Shown: positions 20,241-30,466 of the stretch, in pieces
Layout of the letters: each line of letters opens with the position of its first letter
Position numbering within the stretch: position 1 is the first letter of the stretch
Origin: an uncultured archaeon
Lineage (GTDB): Archaea > Asgardarchaeota > Lokiarchaeia > Sigyniarchaeales > SOKP01
Direction: 5' to 3'
NCBI GenBank assembly: GCA_964486045.1
Contig: CAZALK010000011.1
Span: forward strand, 1-64,000
DNA length: 64,000 nt
Translations under genes and position numbers: made by a program
Notes under the pieces: model-generated
What the model was told of the DNA's origin: nothing
The model's database searches: none
The model's input: only the letters and a program-made list of their open reading frames with translations

Positions 20241-20624
20241 TTAACTTGGATCAGTTAGGAGTTCTTTAATTTTCTTAAGGAAGAAATCAATTTTATATGG
20301 TTTTTTAATGAAAGCTTTTGCCCCTTTCTTAAAAGCAAGCTTTTCTAAATTTGGTTTATCATAACCAGAAACTGCCAAAATTACTGCTTTTTTATTAATT
20401 TTTAAGATTTTCTCTATAGCTACAATACCTCCCATATCCGACATAAGAATATCCATAATCACCAGATCAGGTGATAATTCTTTATATAAACGTATTGCAT
20501 CCGGTCCGTTTGAGGCTTCAGCTAAAATTCTAGCAAATTCTGTTTTTTTAATTATTTCTTTTAATGCATTTCGAGTAAATGGGATATCATCAACAATCAG
20601 AATAGTTTTTTTTGTTTCTACCAA
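20241..20624 (-). CDS. Single-domain CheY-like response regulator
   Basis: ILIVDD, PDLVIMDILM..MGG and FIKKP motifs. Confidence 0.92.
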   Translation of the reverse strand: MVETKKTILIVDDIPFTRNALKEIIKKTEFARILAEASNGPDAIRLYKELSPDLVIMDILMSDMGGIVAIEKILKINKKAVILAVSGYDKPNLEKLAFKKGAKAFIKKPYKIDFFLKKIKELLTDPS

Positions 20625-20727
20625 ATTCTTTCACTACTTTTGCAGTTAGTCTATTTCTTCAAAGTCTGCGCCAAGTTAATATAACAATCCAATAATAATA
20701 CAATTTTAATTTAAATTTATTGAAAAT

Positions 20728-21051
20728 GTGCTACTTAGAGGATGGAGAAAAAGGAAAAAGGATTTAAAGGATCGAGGGGGGAATCCGATTGAATTTGTTG
20801 GCATTGATTTTAATCTTTCAAGAGAAGAATGGTTAAAAAAGTTAGTAGAAAGACAATTAAGTAAATATCATTATGAAAAACGATTAAGCAAACAGCAAAA
20901 GATTAATCTTGTTATCTATAATATGAATTTCAACATTATAATGTATGAGAAACATAAAAAGCCTAAAAACAATAGATACGATAAGAAAGAATTGAATTAT
21001 AATCAGTGGACTTTAATATCTCAAATCGAATCTATTAAGAACAAAAAGTAA
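20728..21051 (+). CDS. Hypothetical basic protein or gene fragment
   Basis: 107-aa ORF with no recognised motif. Confidence 0.35.
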   Translation: MLLRGWRKRKKDLKDRGGNPIEFVGIDFNLSREEWLKKLVERQLSKYHYEKRLSKQQKINLVIYNMNFNIIMYEKHKKPKNNRYDKKELNYNQWTLISQIESIKNKK

Positions 21052-21140
21052 CTTCCTTTTTCTTTTTTTTTCCTTCCTGTACTAATGCCAAAAATCTTTG
21101 TTCAAAGCATGAAACAGAAACAAAATGATAAAATCCCTTT

Positions 21141-22352
21141 TCATATCAAAATTAAGGAAGAATATGGGGGAATAATATAAAATGATGTTCCCCTCTTTCT
21201 TCTTCCATTTAATATTAATCCTAAATGCATACTGAAAAATCCCGTTCTCATATTGCAATTCAATACTAATCCCATCCAGCTTAAATTGAACGAGAAAAGT
21301 CTTATAATTGCGTTTTTTGGCCCAATATGTATAGGAAGTTCCTTTAATAAGTTATTGCTGAGTAAAAGGACTTCAATTTTTTTGAATTTACAGATTGATT
21401 CTGGAAGCCTCTCCAAAGAGTTTGCCGGGAGCCATAGAGCTTTTAGCTGTGTTAAGTCTCCAATATTTTTTGGAAGACGCTTAATTTTATTATTTCCTAA
21501 AGATAGACGTTCAAGATTTTTAAGGTTGCATATAGAATCGGGGAGATCTGTTATGTTATTATTTGATAATAGCAATTTAGTGAGGGATAACAACCTATCT
21601 ATATTTTGTGGTATTTCTTTTAAATTATTATTTCTGAGATCTAATACTTTTAAAGTTACAATTTTTAGAATAGATTTTGGAAATACATCCAGCTTGAGTT
21701 TCCATAATTTAAGTTCAACAACTTGCCGATTCGCAATTTTAACATCCCCGCTTTCAATTAAATTATATAAAAATTGTTTAACCGGGTATTTTATTTTTGC
21801 ACCGGCAATTACAGAAGGGAGAATCTCTAATGAAAGATCTAATAAGGCGGTTAAACTATCATTATTTAATAATAAATGTAGTCTTTCATCAATCGGTAAA
21901 AAATCTAAAAATTTCTCGATTTCAAGAAACTCTCTTGTTGTGTTTGTCCCTTCTTCATATCTTTTAATTATCTCTTCTCTAAATACTCTCTTAGCTAGAG
22001 GATCTCCCACTTCTGTTAACTTTCTCAGTAGGGGGAATGCTAAATTACTGTGAATAAGTCTTGTATCATAATCATGCTCATGCCATACTTGTAGATTCGA
22101 ACAATGCCCCCAAAACTCGGTTTCGGGAGGGATTCCAAGTTCATATCCCTTTGTATGATTTTCTATTGATATGTCTAGCTTTTCCACCGCTTCATCAACA
22201 GATTCTATTTCGTCAAACGAGCTCAATTCCTCGATACTGATATTCAGCAGTAAAAACGCACATTGCATGAACCGTGCACGTGCGACATAAATCATGGTAT
22301 CTTCGTCTTCGAGCCGTAGGGATAAAAACTCGTTAATTTTAAATTCTTGCAT
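21141..22352 (-). CDS. Lokiarchaeal-type leucine-rich repeat protein with aberrant C-terminus
   Basis: N-terminal F.INE.L.L+LE...[27 protein letters not shown] domain, then LxxLxLxxNxLxxLP repeats. The last ~60 aa are not LRR. Confidence 0.8.
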   Translation of the reverse strand: MQEFKINEFLSLRLEDEDTMIYVARARFMQCAFLLLNISIEELSSFDEIESVDEAVEKLDISIENHTKGYELGIPPETEFWGHCSNLQVWHEHDYDTRLIHSNLAFPLLRKLTEVGDPLAKRVFREEIIKRYEEGTNTTREFLEIEKFLDFLPIDERLHLLLNNDSLTALLDLSLEILPSVIAGAKIKYPVKQFLYNLIESGDVKIANRQVVELKLWKLKLDVFPKSILKIVTLKVLDLRNNNLKEIPQNIDRLLSLTKLLLSNNNITDLPDSICNLKNLERLSLGNNKIKRLPKNIGDLTQLKALWLPANSLERLPESICKFKKIEVLLLSNNLLKELPIHIGPKNAIIRLFSFNLSWMGLVLNCNMRTGFFSMHLGLILNGRRKRGTSFYIIPPYSSLILI

Positions 22353-22683
22353 TTTTTTCTTTTTTTCACTTATATAGTGTTTTCATGCCTATTTAAATAA
22401 CAACCCTCTAAAATTTATATTTTCAAAAAAATAAATAAGTTCACTGCTTAATGCACTTATTATTATTATTATTGGGTAGGCAACGAAAAGTAGGTGAATC
22501 TTTTCTTATTATAAAGTCATTTCGAACTTTAATAGTCTCAAAATTAGTAGATTAGTATTTGTATCATTAGGTTTAAATATTCGCACCTTTTACTATGAAT
22601 AATTTACTTAGATAAGTTTTTGAACTTATAAATATTGCTTTAATTTATTTATTTTTTAATCGGAATAAAATGAGATATGAACT

Positions 22684-24318
22684 ATGATTTCAGACGACCA
22701 TCTATTCGGTAACGTTGGTATTGACTCGCTGGGTTTTCACGCGCCTCGGCATTTTGTAAAGCTAAAGGAACTTGCCCTTGAAAGGAAAGTAGATCCTGAA
22801 AAATATGCCAAGGGACTTCTCTCTAAGGAGATGCGGATCGCTGATGTCGATGAGGATATTATTTCTCTTGGATTGAAGGCAGGATATAATGCCTTACAAA
22901 GGGGTGGGATTGATTCTAAGAGTATTGACGCATTATTTGTCGGTACGGAGACAGAGGTATATGCAGCAAAGAGTATCTCGAATATCTTTGCCGAGATGTT
23001 GAGCATATCGCCCAACTCATTTACTCAAGATACGTATAACGCCTGCGCGGGTGGGACGCTCGCAATATTAAATGCCATCGCGATGATTCAAAATGGGTTA
23101 ATTAGCAAGGCTTTAGTAATTAGTGCGGACATCTCTCAATACCATTTAGGTTCCCCCGGAGAACCAACACAAGGCTCAGGAGCTATCGGTGTGGTTATTT
23201 CAGAAAACCCGAGAATCGCAAAGTTTAGCAAAAAATTCGGAAGAATTTCTGGGAACGTAAACGATTTTTTTAGACCTCCAAATGATAAGAATGCAAGGGC
23301 TTTTGGCCGATATTCTCAGGACACCTATATTGACTTTCAATTAAAAGCGTATGACGATTTAGTTAACGCTATGGGGGATTTTCATGCCGATTTTTATACT
23401 TTTCACGCACCCTTCTCAAAACTTCCAATTAAAATAATGCAACAAATCATACTAAAAAGATGGATAAATCACATAACTGATTTACCTAAGTTTGAAAAGA
23501 ACCACTATAGATCATCGATTTTGAAAAAAATTGATTCATTCCTACATGATGTAACTGTCCTTCCTGAATATCTTTATTTAAAACTTAATGAAAGAGGATT
23601 TTCATCATCAGCTTTAGAAAGATTATCGAAATGGGTAAACACAAATGTAAAAGCGAGGGTTCTTCCTCAATTACGAGTTCCTATGCATTTTGGTAATATG
23701 TACAATGCCGCAGTATGGGCACAGATATTATATTTAATCGAAAATCATACCATTGTCAATGATACAATTTATTTTGGCTCTTACGGTTCAGGAGCTACGT
23801 GTATTTCTGGACTTTTAAAGATTCAAGAAGGTTTTAAAAAAGTAGTTCAGCAAGGCCCAAGTATTAATGATTTCATTCATTTAAAGCGAAAAAAAAGTGT
23901 TCTTGAATACGAGCTGGTGAAAGATGGTAATGTTAGACCGATTGTTTTATTAGGACGTATTGCTGAGCACAAGCAAAATAATAACAGAGGTTTTACGCTT
24001 AATTTTTGCGATGAAGGATGTATAATACCAAATATAAAAGGTTTAGATCACTGTCCTAAAGGGCATTCTGGGTTACATGAAAGATTTTTTCCTCTTTTTG
24101 CCAAATTAGAATCTGAACCAGTTGCTCAAAATGACTTTGAAGATCTTAAATACCTTAGAAAAGGTTTAGTAAGAGTAGCAGGTAATGTAGGTAAAGGTAA
24201 TTCTATGGAGTATGAAATTAGGAGAGTCGAGACCGAAAACGAAGAAAACCCCGATGCTAAAGGATTACTCAATTGGTCACCAATATATATAACTATTCCA
24301 GAGCATCATATTTATTAA
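22684..24318 (+). CDS. Hydroxymethylglutaryl-CoA synthase with C-terminal DUF35-like extension
   Basis: VGTET, catalytic NACAGGT, GEPTQGSGA, FHAPF, GNMYNA and GSYGSG motifs. First gene of the mevalonate cluster. Confidence 0.9.
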   Translation: MISDDHLFGNVGIDSLGFHAPRHFVKLKELALERKVDPEKYAKGLLSKEMRIADVDEDIISLGLKAGYNALQRGGIDSKSIDALFVGTETEVYAAKSISNIFAEMLSISPNSFTQDTYNACAGGTLAILNAIAMIQNGLISKALVISADISQYHLGSPGEPTQGSGAIGVVISENPRIAKFSKKFGRISGNVNDFFRPPNDKNARAFGRYSQDTYIDFQLKAYDDLVNAMGDFHADFYTFHAPFSKLPIKIMQQIILKRWINHITDLPKFEKNHYRSSILKKIDSFLHDVTVLPEYLYLKLNERGFSSSALERLSKWVNTNVKARVLPQLRVPMHFGNMYNAAVWAQILYLIENHTIVNDTIYFGSYGSGATCISGLLKIQEGFKKVVQQGPSINDFIHLKRKKSVLEYELVKDGNVRPIVLLGRIAEHKQNNNRGFTLNFCDEGCIIPNIKGLDHCPKGHSGLHERFFPLFAKLESEPVAQNDFEDLKYLRKGLVRVAGNVGKGNSMEYEIRRVETENEENPDAKGLLNWSPIYITIPEHHIY

Positions 24319-24380
24319 TTTTATTCTAATCTTCTATATTTCTACCAGAAATTTAGAAAAGTTTATTAATTTTTAGGAGT

Positions 24381-25673
24381 GTGAATTATATTATGAAGGA
24401 ATTTCATTCGGATATATCTGGGTTTTACAAGTTATCAATGGAAGAACGTCAAAAATTATTAGCATCATTAGTTAATTTAAATCAGGATGAGATGAAAATA
24501 TTGCAAGAATTAGGTTATTTTACGCGTACACAAATCGATACTTTAATTGAAAATGTAGTAGGAAGTTATATATTACCATTTGGTCTTGCTTTAAATTTTA
24601 AAATTAATGATAAAGATTATATTATCCCTATGGTTATAGAAGAGCCATCTGTAGTTGCTGCTGCTTCGAATGCAGCAAGAATGGCTCGAATACATGGTGG
24701 ATTTCAATCAGAAGAAGTAAAACCTATAATGATCTCTCAAATTCAGATAACACAGCTAAAAGATATTGAAGTGTCGAAAAAATCTCTACATGATAATAAG
24801 GAAAAATTATTAAAAATAGCAAATGAGCAGGATCCTTTGTTAAATGAGTTAGGTGGAGGCGCTCGTGATATAGAGATAAGAGAAATTAACACAAATAAAG
24901 GAAAAATGATTATTCTCCACTTACTAGTTAATGTTTTGGATGCTATGGGTGCAAATGTAGTTAATACTATGGCCGAAGCTATTAGTCCTTATATCGAAGA
25001 AATAACCGGAGGTAAAGTTTATCTGCGGATTGTTTCCAACTTAGCAACACATCGGTTAGCCAAGAGTAGTGCAACATTTGACAAAGAGTTGTTAGGGGGG
25101 GAAGAAGTTGTTGAGGGGATCTTAAATGCATATGAGTTTGCATTAGCCGATCCTTATCGGGCAACTACTCATAATAAGGGAATAATGAACGGAATAGTTG
25201 CACTAACCTTAGCCACGGGAAATGATACACGAGCTATTGAAGCAGGTTCTCACGCTTATGCTTCTTTTAGTGGGAAATATTCTCCTTTAACCAAATTCAA
25301 AGTAAATTCTGAAGGAAATCTAGTTGGAGAAATTGAACTACCCCTTGCCCTGGGAATAATCGGTGGAATGACTAAAATACATCCTATGGCACGTGTTGCC
25401 TTAAAAATCTTAAATGTGAAAAGTGCAAGCGAACTTTCACAAGTGGGTGCTGCTTTAGGTTTAGCCCAAAATGTTGCAGCTTTGAGGGCTTTAGCTTCAG
25501 AAGGCATTCAAAAAGGACACATGGCACTTCATTCTCGAAATATTGCCAAAGTTGCAGGAGTGCCTGATGAATTACTTGAAAAGGTAGCTCAACTAATGGT
25601 AAAAGAGAAAAAAATCAGAGTGGATTACGCAAAACAAATACTCCAAAGATTAAGTGATAGTGAAAACCTTTAA
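24381..25673 (+). CDS. mvaA: Hydroxymethylglutaryl-CoA reductase, class II
   Basis: IENVVG, EEPSVVAAAS, DAMGAN, RATTHNKGIMNG and GIQKGHMALH motifs. Confidence 0.93.
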   Translation: MNYIMKEFHSDISGFYKLSMEERQKLLASLVNLNQDEMKILQELGYFTRTQIDTLIENVVGSYILPFGLALNFKINDKDYIIPMVIEEPSVVAAASNAARMARIHGGFQSEEVKPIMISQIQITQLKDIEVSKKSLHDNKEKLLKIANEQDPLLNELGGGARDIEIREINTNKGKMIILHLLVNVLDAMGANVVNTMAEAISPYIEEITGGKVYLRIVSNLATHRLAKSSATFDKELLGGEEVVEGILNAYEFALADPYRATTHNKGIMNGIVALTLATGNDTRAIEAGSHAYASFSGKYSPLTKFKVNSEGNLVGEIELPLALGIIGGMTKIHPMARVALKILNVKSASELSQVGAALGLAQNVAALRALASEGIQKGHMALHSRNIAKVAGVPDELLEKVAQLMVKEKKIRVDYAKQILQRLSDSENL

Positions 25674-25763
25674 TTTTATAAAAAGTGTTTCTGTAACTCC
25701 TTTAAGAAAAATCATTATTGTTATTAATGTTATCATTATGCACAAGTAGTTGAGATAGATATT

Positions 25764-27065
25764 ATGGGATTTAGAGAATATATTAATCAAATTGATAAGG
25801 AAGGATTACTTAGAAAGGTAAATCTTGAAGTTTCAAAAAAATTAGAAATCTCAGGAATTTTAAAGGAAATTGAACCAACACCAGTATTGTTTAACAATGT
25901 GAAAGAATCTGAATTCCGTGTTGCCGGTAATGTTTTCTGTACTAAGGGTGTGATCGCCTCTTATTTTGGTGTGACTCCTGCTGATCTTATACCTATGCTT
26001 TCAAAAGCGATTGATGAGCGTTCTGAACCAGAAATTGTATCTAACGCACCATGTCAAGAAATAATTGAACCAGACGTAGATTTAGACAAGATTCCTATAT
26101 TATTTCATTGTGACAAAGACGGTGGAAATTACATCAGTTCTGCTGTCGTTGTTACGAGAGACCCCGATTATGGTCAAAATTTAGATTTCCATCGAGCAAT
26201 GCAGTATTCAAAACATAAATTTGCTGCTCGAATTGTTAAGGGTCGCCATTTTTATAAATTTTTAGAAAAAAATGGTGAAGTAGAGGTGGCATTTTGCATA
26301 GGTAATACTCCTAATATCCTAATTGCCGGAGCTACTTCTGTAGACATTGGTGTTGATGAGCTCCACATTGCCAATGCACTTGAACCAATTAAAGTTGTAA
26401 AAGCAAACTCTGTTGATCTTTTAATCCCCGCAGAAGCTGAATTTATTCTGGAAGGAAAAGTATATTTTGAAGAGAGACATGCCGAAGGTCCATTTATTGA
26501 TCTAACTGAGACATTGGATATAATTAGAGAGGAACCTGTTTTTGAAGTTAAAAAAATCACTCATAGAAAAGAGGCAATATGGCAAGCTTTATTACCAGGA
26601 GCATTGGAACATAAAATATTGATGGGAATGCCTCGAGAGCCAACGATTTTCAATAAAGTAAATGCAACAGGAGTTAAATGTTTAGATGTAAATATTAGTC
26701 CTGGTGGATCTTCTTGGCTTCACGCTATAGTTCAGATAGATAAGAAAACAGAAGAAGATGGTAAAAAAGCAATAGAAGGAACTTTTTTAGGTCATACTTC
26801 CTGCAAGCACGTTTTTATTGTTGATAAAGATATAAATATTTATGATCCTCTATCTGTAGAGTGGAGTTTCGCCACCAGATTTCAAGGAGACACCAGAATG
26901 GTTGTTAAAGACAAGGAGCCGGGAAGCAGCCTGGATCCAAGCGCTGAGCCAGTGACCAAGATGACAACAAAGATTGGATTCGATTTAACCAAGCCTTTAG
27001 TTATTAAAGGAAAAAGTTTTGACATCGCAGAATTTCCTAAAGTCGATGTAAATAAATATTTCTAA
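25764..27065 (+). CDS. UbiD-family decarboxylase, probable anhydromevalonate phosphate decarboxylase
   Basis: DGGNYISS, N+.FHR, AEFILEG, EGPF.D and VD.DINIYD motifs, plus operon context. Confidence 0.85.
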   Translation: MGFREYINQIDKEGLLRKVNLEVSKKLEISGILKEIEPTPVLFNNVKESEFRVAGNVFCTKGVIASYFGVTPADLIPMLSKAIDERSEPEIVSNAPCQEIIEPDVDLDKIPILFHCDKDGGNYISSAVVVTRDPDYGQNLDFHRAMQYSKHKFAARIVKGRHFYKFLEKNGEVEVAFCIGNTPNILIAGATSVDIGVDELHIANALEPIKVVKANSVDLLIPAEAEFILEGKVYFEERHAEGPFIDLTETLDIIREEPVFEVKKITHRKEAIWQALLPGALEHKILMGMPREPTIFNKVNATGVKCLDVNISPGGSSWLHAIVQIDKKTEEDGKKAIEGTFLGHTSCKHVFIVDKDINIYDPLSVEWSFATRFQGDTRMVVKDKEPGSSLDPSAEPVTKMTTKIGFDLTKPLVIKGKSFDIAEFPKVDVNKYF

Positions 27066-27081
27066 AAAAAGGTAGACTAAA

Positions 27082-28275
27082 ATGAAATTAACACAAGAAG
27101 AACAGGATATGCTGAGTGGTAAATTCGGAAAAGCAGCTAAAAAATCTATGGAAATATTAACAACTTTAGGAGAAATTTTTGATGCTAAGTATATGATTGA
27201 TGTCTATGGAGTCCAAATAGCTGGCGTTTCCTATGCTAATCTTGGGGAGGCAGGATTGGAATTTTTAAGCGAATTGGCTGAAGATGGCAAAGTTCGTGTT
27301 CTAACAACTTTAAATCCAGCTGGTATGGATCGTGAGAATTGGCAAGCATTAGGAATAGATAAAGAATTTGCTAAAAACCAGAATCGCGCTATTGATGCAT
27401 TTGCTAAAATGGGTATTATTACTACATGTTCTTGTACGCCATATTTAATAGGTAACGCTCCACATTTTGGTCAACATATTGCTTGGGCTGAGAGTAGTGC
27501 TGTATGTTATTCAAACTCTGTAATTGGTGCTCGGACTAATCGTGAGGGGGGGCCAAGTGCATTAGCTTCGGCTTTAACAGGAAAAACGCCTTATTATGGA
27601 TATCATTTGGATGAAAATCGTCATGGTGAGGTTTTAGTAAATGTGGATGCCACAGTAAAAGGCACCGATGAATTTGGTGTTTTAGGAAAGATAATTGGAG
27701 ATAAGCTGGGAGAGTTAGAAAAAAAAATACCATACATAACAGGAATCCCCTCTGCTACGGTTGAAGAGCTCAAATCCTTCTGCGCTTCTGTTGCCACATA
27801 TGGTGGAACAGCATTATTCCACATGGAAGGAATAACACCAGAATACAATAAATATCCCAAACCAACTGAAATTAGGATTGAAATTAATCAAGCAGATTTA
27901 GATAACACTCGATCTGAGCTCATTGATGATGATATTGAAGTTGATTTTGTTAGTGTTGGATGTCCTCATGCCTCGATTCACGAAATAGCTGAGATATCAA
28001 ATTTATTGAAAGGAAAGAAAGTAAGAAAAGAATTTTGGATTACTACAGCTCGACCTACAAAAAGAATTGCAGATGAAGCGGGGTATTCTAAAATAATTGA
28101 AGATTCCGGAGCAAAATTCGCAGCAGATACATGCTGTGTTGTAGCCCCAATTAAAGAGCGTTTTAAAGGAATTATGGTAGACTCAGCAAAGGCGTGTTAT
28201 TATGGTCGAGCAAAAAATAAATTTAAAGTAAAAATCGGATCAATTGAGGAATGTATCGAGGAGGCAACAAGATGA
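27082..28275 (+). CDS. Aconitase X catalytic subunit (phosphomevalonate dehydratase large subunit)
   Basis: QIAGVSY, TTLNP, CSCTPY, WAESSAV, GARTNREGG, GCPH and DTCCVVAP motifs. Confidence 0.9.
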   Translation: MKLTQEEQDMLSGKFGKAAKKSMEILTTLGEIFDAKYMIDVYGVQIAGVSYANLGEAGLEFLSELAEDGKVRVLTTLNPAGMDRENWQALGIDKEFAKNQNRAIDAFAKMGIITTCSCTPYLIGNAPHFGQHIAWAESSAVCYSNSVIGARTNREGGPSALASALTGKTPYYGYHLDENRHGEVLVNVDATVKGTDEFGVLGKIIGDKLGELEKKIPYITGIPSATVEELKSFCASVATYGGTALFHMEGITPEYNKYPKPTEIRIEINQADLDNTRSELIDDDIEVDFVSVGCPHASIHEIAEISNLLKGKKVRKEFWITTARPTKRIADEAGYSKIIEDSGAKFAADTCCVVAPIKERFKGIMVDSAKACYYGRAKNKFKVKIGSIEECIEEATR

Positions 28276-28661
28276 AGCTAATGGGAAGAAAAATTTACAA
28301 AGGAATTGCTGAAGCAGAAGCAATTGTTACAAAAGATGGAATTTCATTTTATGGAGGAGTTGATCCTGATACAGGTAAAGTGGTAGAGGTTGGGCACGAA
28401 CTTGAAGGCCAATCAATATCTGGAAAGGTTTTGGTCTTCCCAACTGGTAAAGGATCAACTGTAGGATCTTATACGATGTATAGAATGAAGAAAAACAATA
28501 CAGCCCCAGTAGCAATTGTGAATAAAGAAATTGATACCATTGTAGCGGTGGGCTGCATTATTAGTGAGATTCCTTGCGTTGATAAAATTGATCTAAATAG
28601 CATTAAAAGTGGACAAATAATTATTGTTAATGGCTCTGAAGGAACTGTAGAGGTAAAATAA
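28272..28661 (+). CDS. Aconitase X swiveling subunit (phosphomevalonate dehydratase small subunit, DUF126)
   Basis: ISFYGGVDP.TG and GKGSTVGSY motifs. The ATG at 28272 overlaps the upstream TGA (ATGA). Confidence 0.9.
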   Translation: MKLMGRKIYKGIAEAEAIVTKDGISFYGGVDPDTGKVVEVGHELEGQSISGKVLVFPTGKGSTVGSYTMYRMKKNNTAPVAIVNKEIDTIVAVGCIISEIPCVDKIDLNSIKSGQIIIVNGSEGTVEVK

Positions 28662-29628
28662 ATGGGTAATGGAAAAGGATACGGAAAAACCATATTATTT
28701 GGTGAAATTTATTTCTCATTTCAGGAGTAAACGCTAACATTTTGTCGTGTATGGTCTTCCAGCAATTGCATCAGCATTAGGTTCTTATTCAACTGCAAGC
28801 GTGAAAGTTTTGGAGGGGGCTGGTTGGTTTGTTGATGATAAAAGACCTGCTACATCAGGCTATAAAAAAAAGAAATATCAGGAAGCAATGCAATCAATCA
28901 AGAACGTGCTTGAATATCTGAAAATAGACACCGAAAGTCAAAAACTTGAAATTACTTTTGCGGGAGATTTATTTGCTGCGAGTGGGGTAGGAGCCTCGGC
29001 AGCTCAATGTACATCACTCTCACGCGCGTTAAACGACACATTTGATCTAAAATTAAACGATGAGAAAATAAATGAAGCCGCTTATGAAGGAGAAAAAGCC
29101 TACCATGGAACACCTTCAGGAATTGACAACACTGCTTCCACTTATGGTGGTTTAATTTGGTTTGCGAAAAACTTACATGGTGGTAAAAATACGATGGAGC
29201 TTCTACAAACCCCAAAAAAGATGTTTTTGGTGATTGCAAATTCAGGAATAACTGCATCAACCACAGAAGTAGTAGCTGATGTTAGACATTTAAAGGAAAA
29301 TAATCCGGATAAATTTGAAAAAATATTCACCGAGTATAAAAATTTAGCCGGAAAAGCGAAAGAAGCGTTGATAACAGGAGATGTTAATACTTTAGGTAGT
29401 TTAATGAATCAAAATCATAAACTGCTTCAAGAAATCACAGTTTCAGGGGAAATAAATGATAAATTAGTTGATATATCGATCAAAAACGGTGCCATTGGGG
29501 CTAAAATGACCGGAACAGGTCGAGGTGGCTTGGTCATTGCGTTGGTTGAAAATAAAGAAATTCAAGAAAATATCGCCGAAGCTGTCGAAAAGGAAGGTTA
29601 TGATGCATGGAAAACCATGATTGGATAA
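28662..29628 (+). CDS. mvk: Mevalonate kinase, join(28662..28706,28738..29628), 311 aa after removal of a 31-nt intron-like insert
   Basis: Exon 1 MGNGKGYGKTILFGE plus exon 2 HFVVYG restores the GHMP GK.ILFGEH.VVYG motif. Also SGVGASAA, HGTPSGIDN and GAKMTGTGRGG. The ATG directly abuts the upstream TAA. Confidence 0.9.
28707..28737 (+). other. Putative bulge-helix-bulge (tRNA-endonuclease type) intron, 31 nt
   Basis: Central helix GGUG(28701-04)/CGCU(28732-35), bulges AAA(28705-07) and AAC(28736-38), intron stem UUUAUUUCU/AGGAGUAAA. Canonical cuts after the second bulge nt give the exact in-frame junction. Confidence 0.82.
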
Positions 29629-30457
29629 GAGAGAATCAATATTGAATAAAAAAATAAATATTATTATATTAAAATTAGGCGGAAGTTTATTAACTGATAA
29701 AAATAGCCCTTTTTCTATTAGAGAAGATATTGTCAAAGATTCAGTTCGACAAATTATTGATTCGAAAGAGAGACTAATATTAATTCATGGAGGAGGTTCT
29801 TTTGGGCATCCTCTCGCAAAAAAATACAAGATTAAAAATGGATTCGATTCCTCAGTTCCAAATCAAGTTCTTGGTCTTACTGAAACTCATCATTCGATGA
29901 ACAATTTCAATTCTTTTATGATTAAAAGTTTTTTAGAAATGAACTATCCTGCATTTTCAATTCAAGCATCTAGCATCTTCATTAGAGATTCACTAGAAAT
30001 TACAATGTTTTCAATGGGAATAATTGAAACAGCTTTAGATCTTAATATTTTACCAATTTTGTACGGTGACATTATACTTGATAAGCAAGGTTCCTTCTCA
30101 ATTATTTCGGGAGATCAAATAATTCTAGAATTATGTAAAAATTTAGACAGATATTGCATTTCGAAAGTTATATTCACAATGGAGACAGATGGAATATATG
30201 TTACAGATAAAAAAAATAGTGATAGTTCTATATTGGCTACGGAATGCTATCCTGATCAGCTGGAAAACCTAAAATTAGCTAATCTTGGTCAAAAAATAGA
30301 CGTTACTGGTGGTATTAGAGGAAAAATTAAATTCATTCAAAAAATTTGTAATCATAATATACCTGTCCAATTAATAAATGGACTAAAAGAAGATTACATC
30401 TATAAATCCCTCAAAGATGAAAAAATAAATTGTACAAATATACTAATAAAAAGATAG
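29621..30457 (+). CDS. ipk: Isopentenyl phosphate kinase
   Basis: ILKLGGSLLTDK, HGGGSFGH, PILYGD, SGD and DVTGG motifs. Confidence 0.92.
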   Translation: MDKRESILNKKINIIILKLGGSLLTDKNSPFSIREDIVKDSVRQIIDSKERLILIHGGGSFGHPLAKKYKIKNGFDSSVPNQVLGLTETHHSMNNFNSFMIKSFLEMNYPAFSIQASSIFIRDSLEITMFSMGIIETALDLNILPILYGDIILDKQGSFSIISGDQIILELCKNLDRYCISKVIFTMETDGIYVTDKKNSDSSILATECYPDQLENLKLANLGQKIDVTGGIRGKIKFIQKICNHNIPVQLINGLKEDYIYKSLKDEKINCTNILIKR

Positions 30458-30466
30458 TTTGAAATT

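Noticed and set aside
21253-22053. 266-aa plus-strand ORF
   Set aside because: Antisense shadow of the LRR gene with no independent motif.
28707-28737. Insert in mvk read as a sequencing error or simple pseudogenisation
   Set aside because: It is not a homopolymer or a duplication. Both boundaries match BHB cleavage geometry exactly, and the rest of the gene and pathway are intact.
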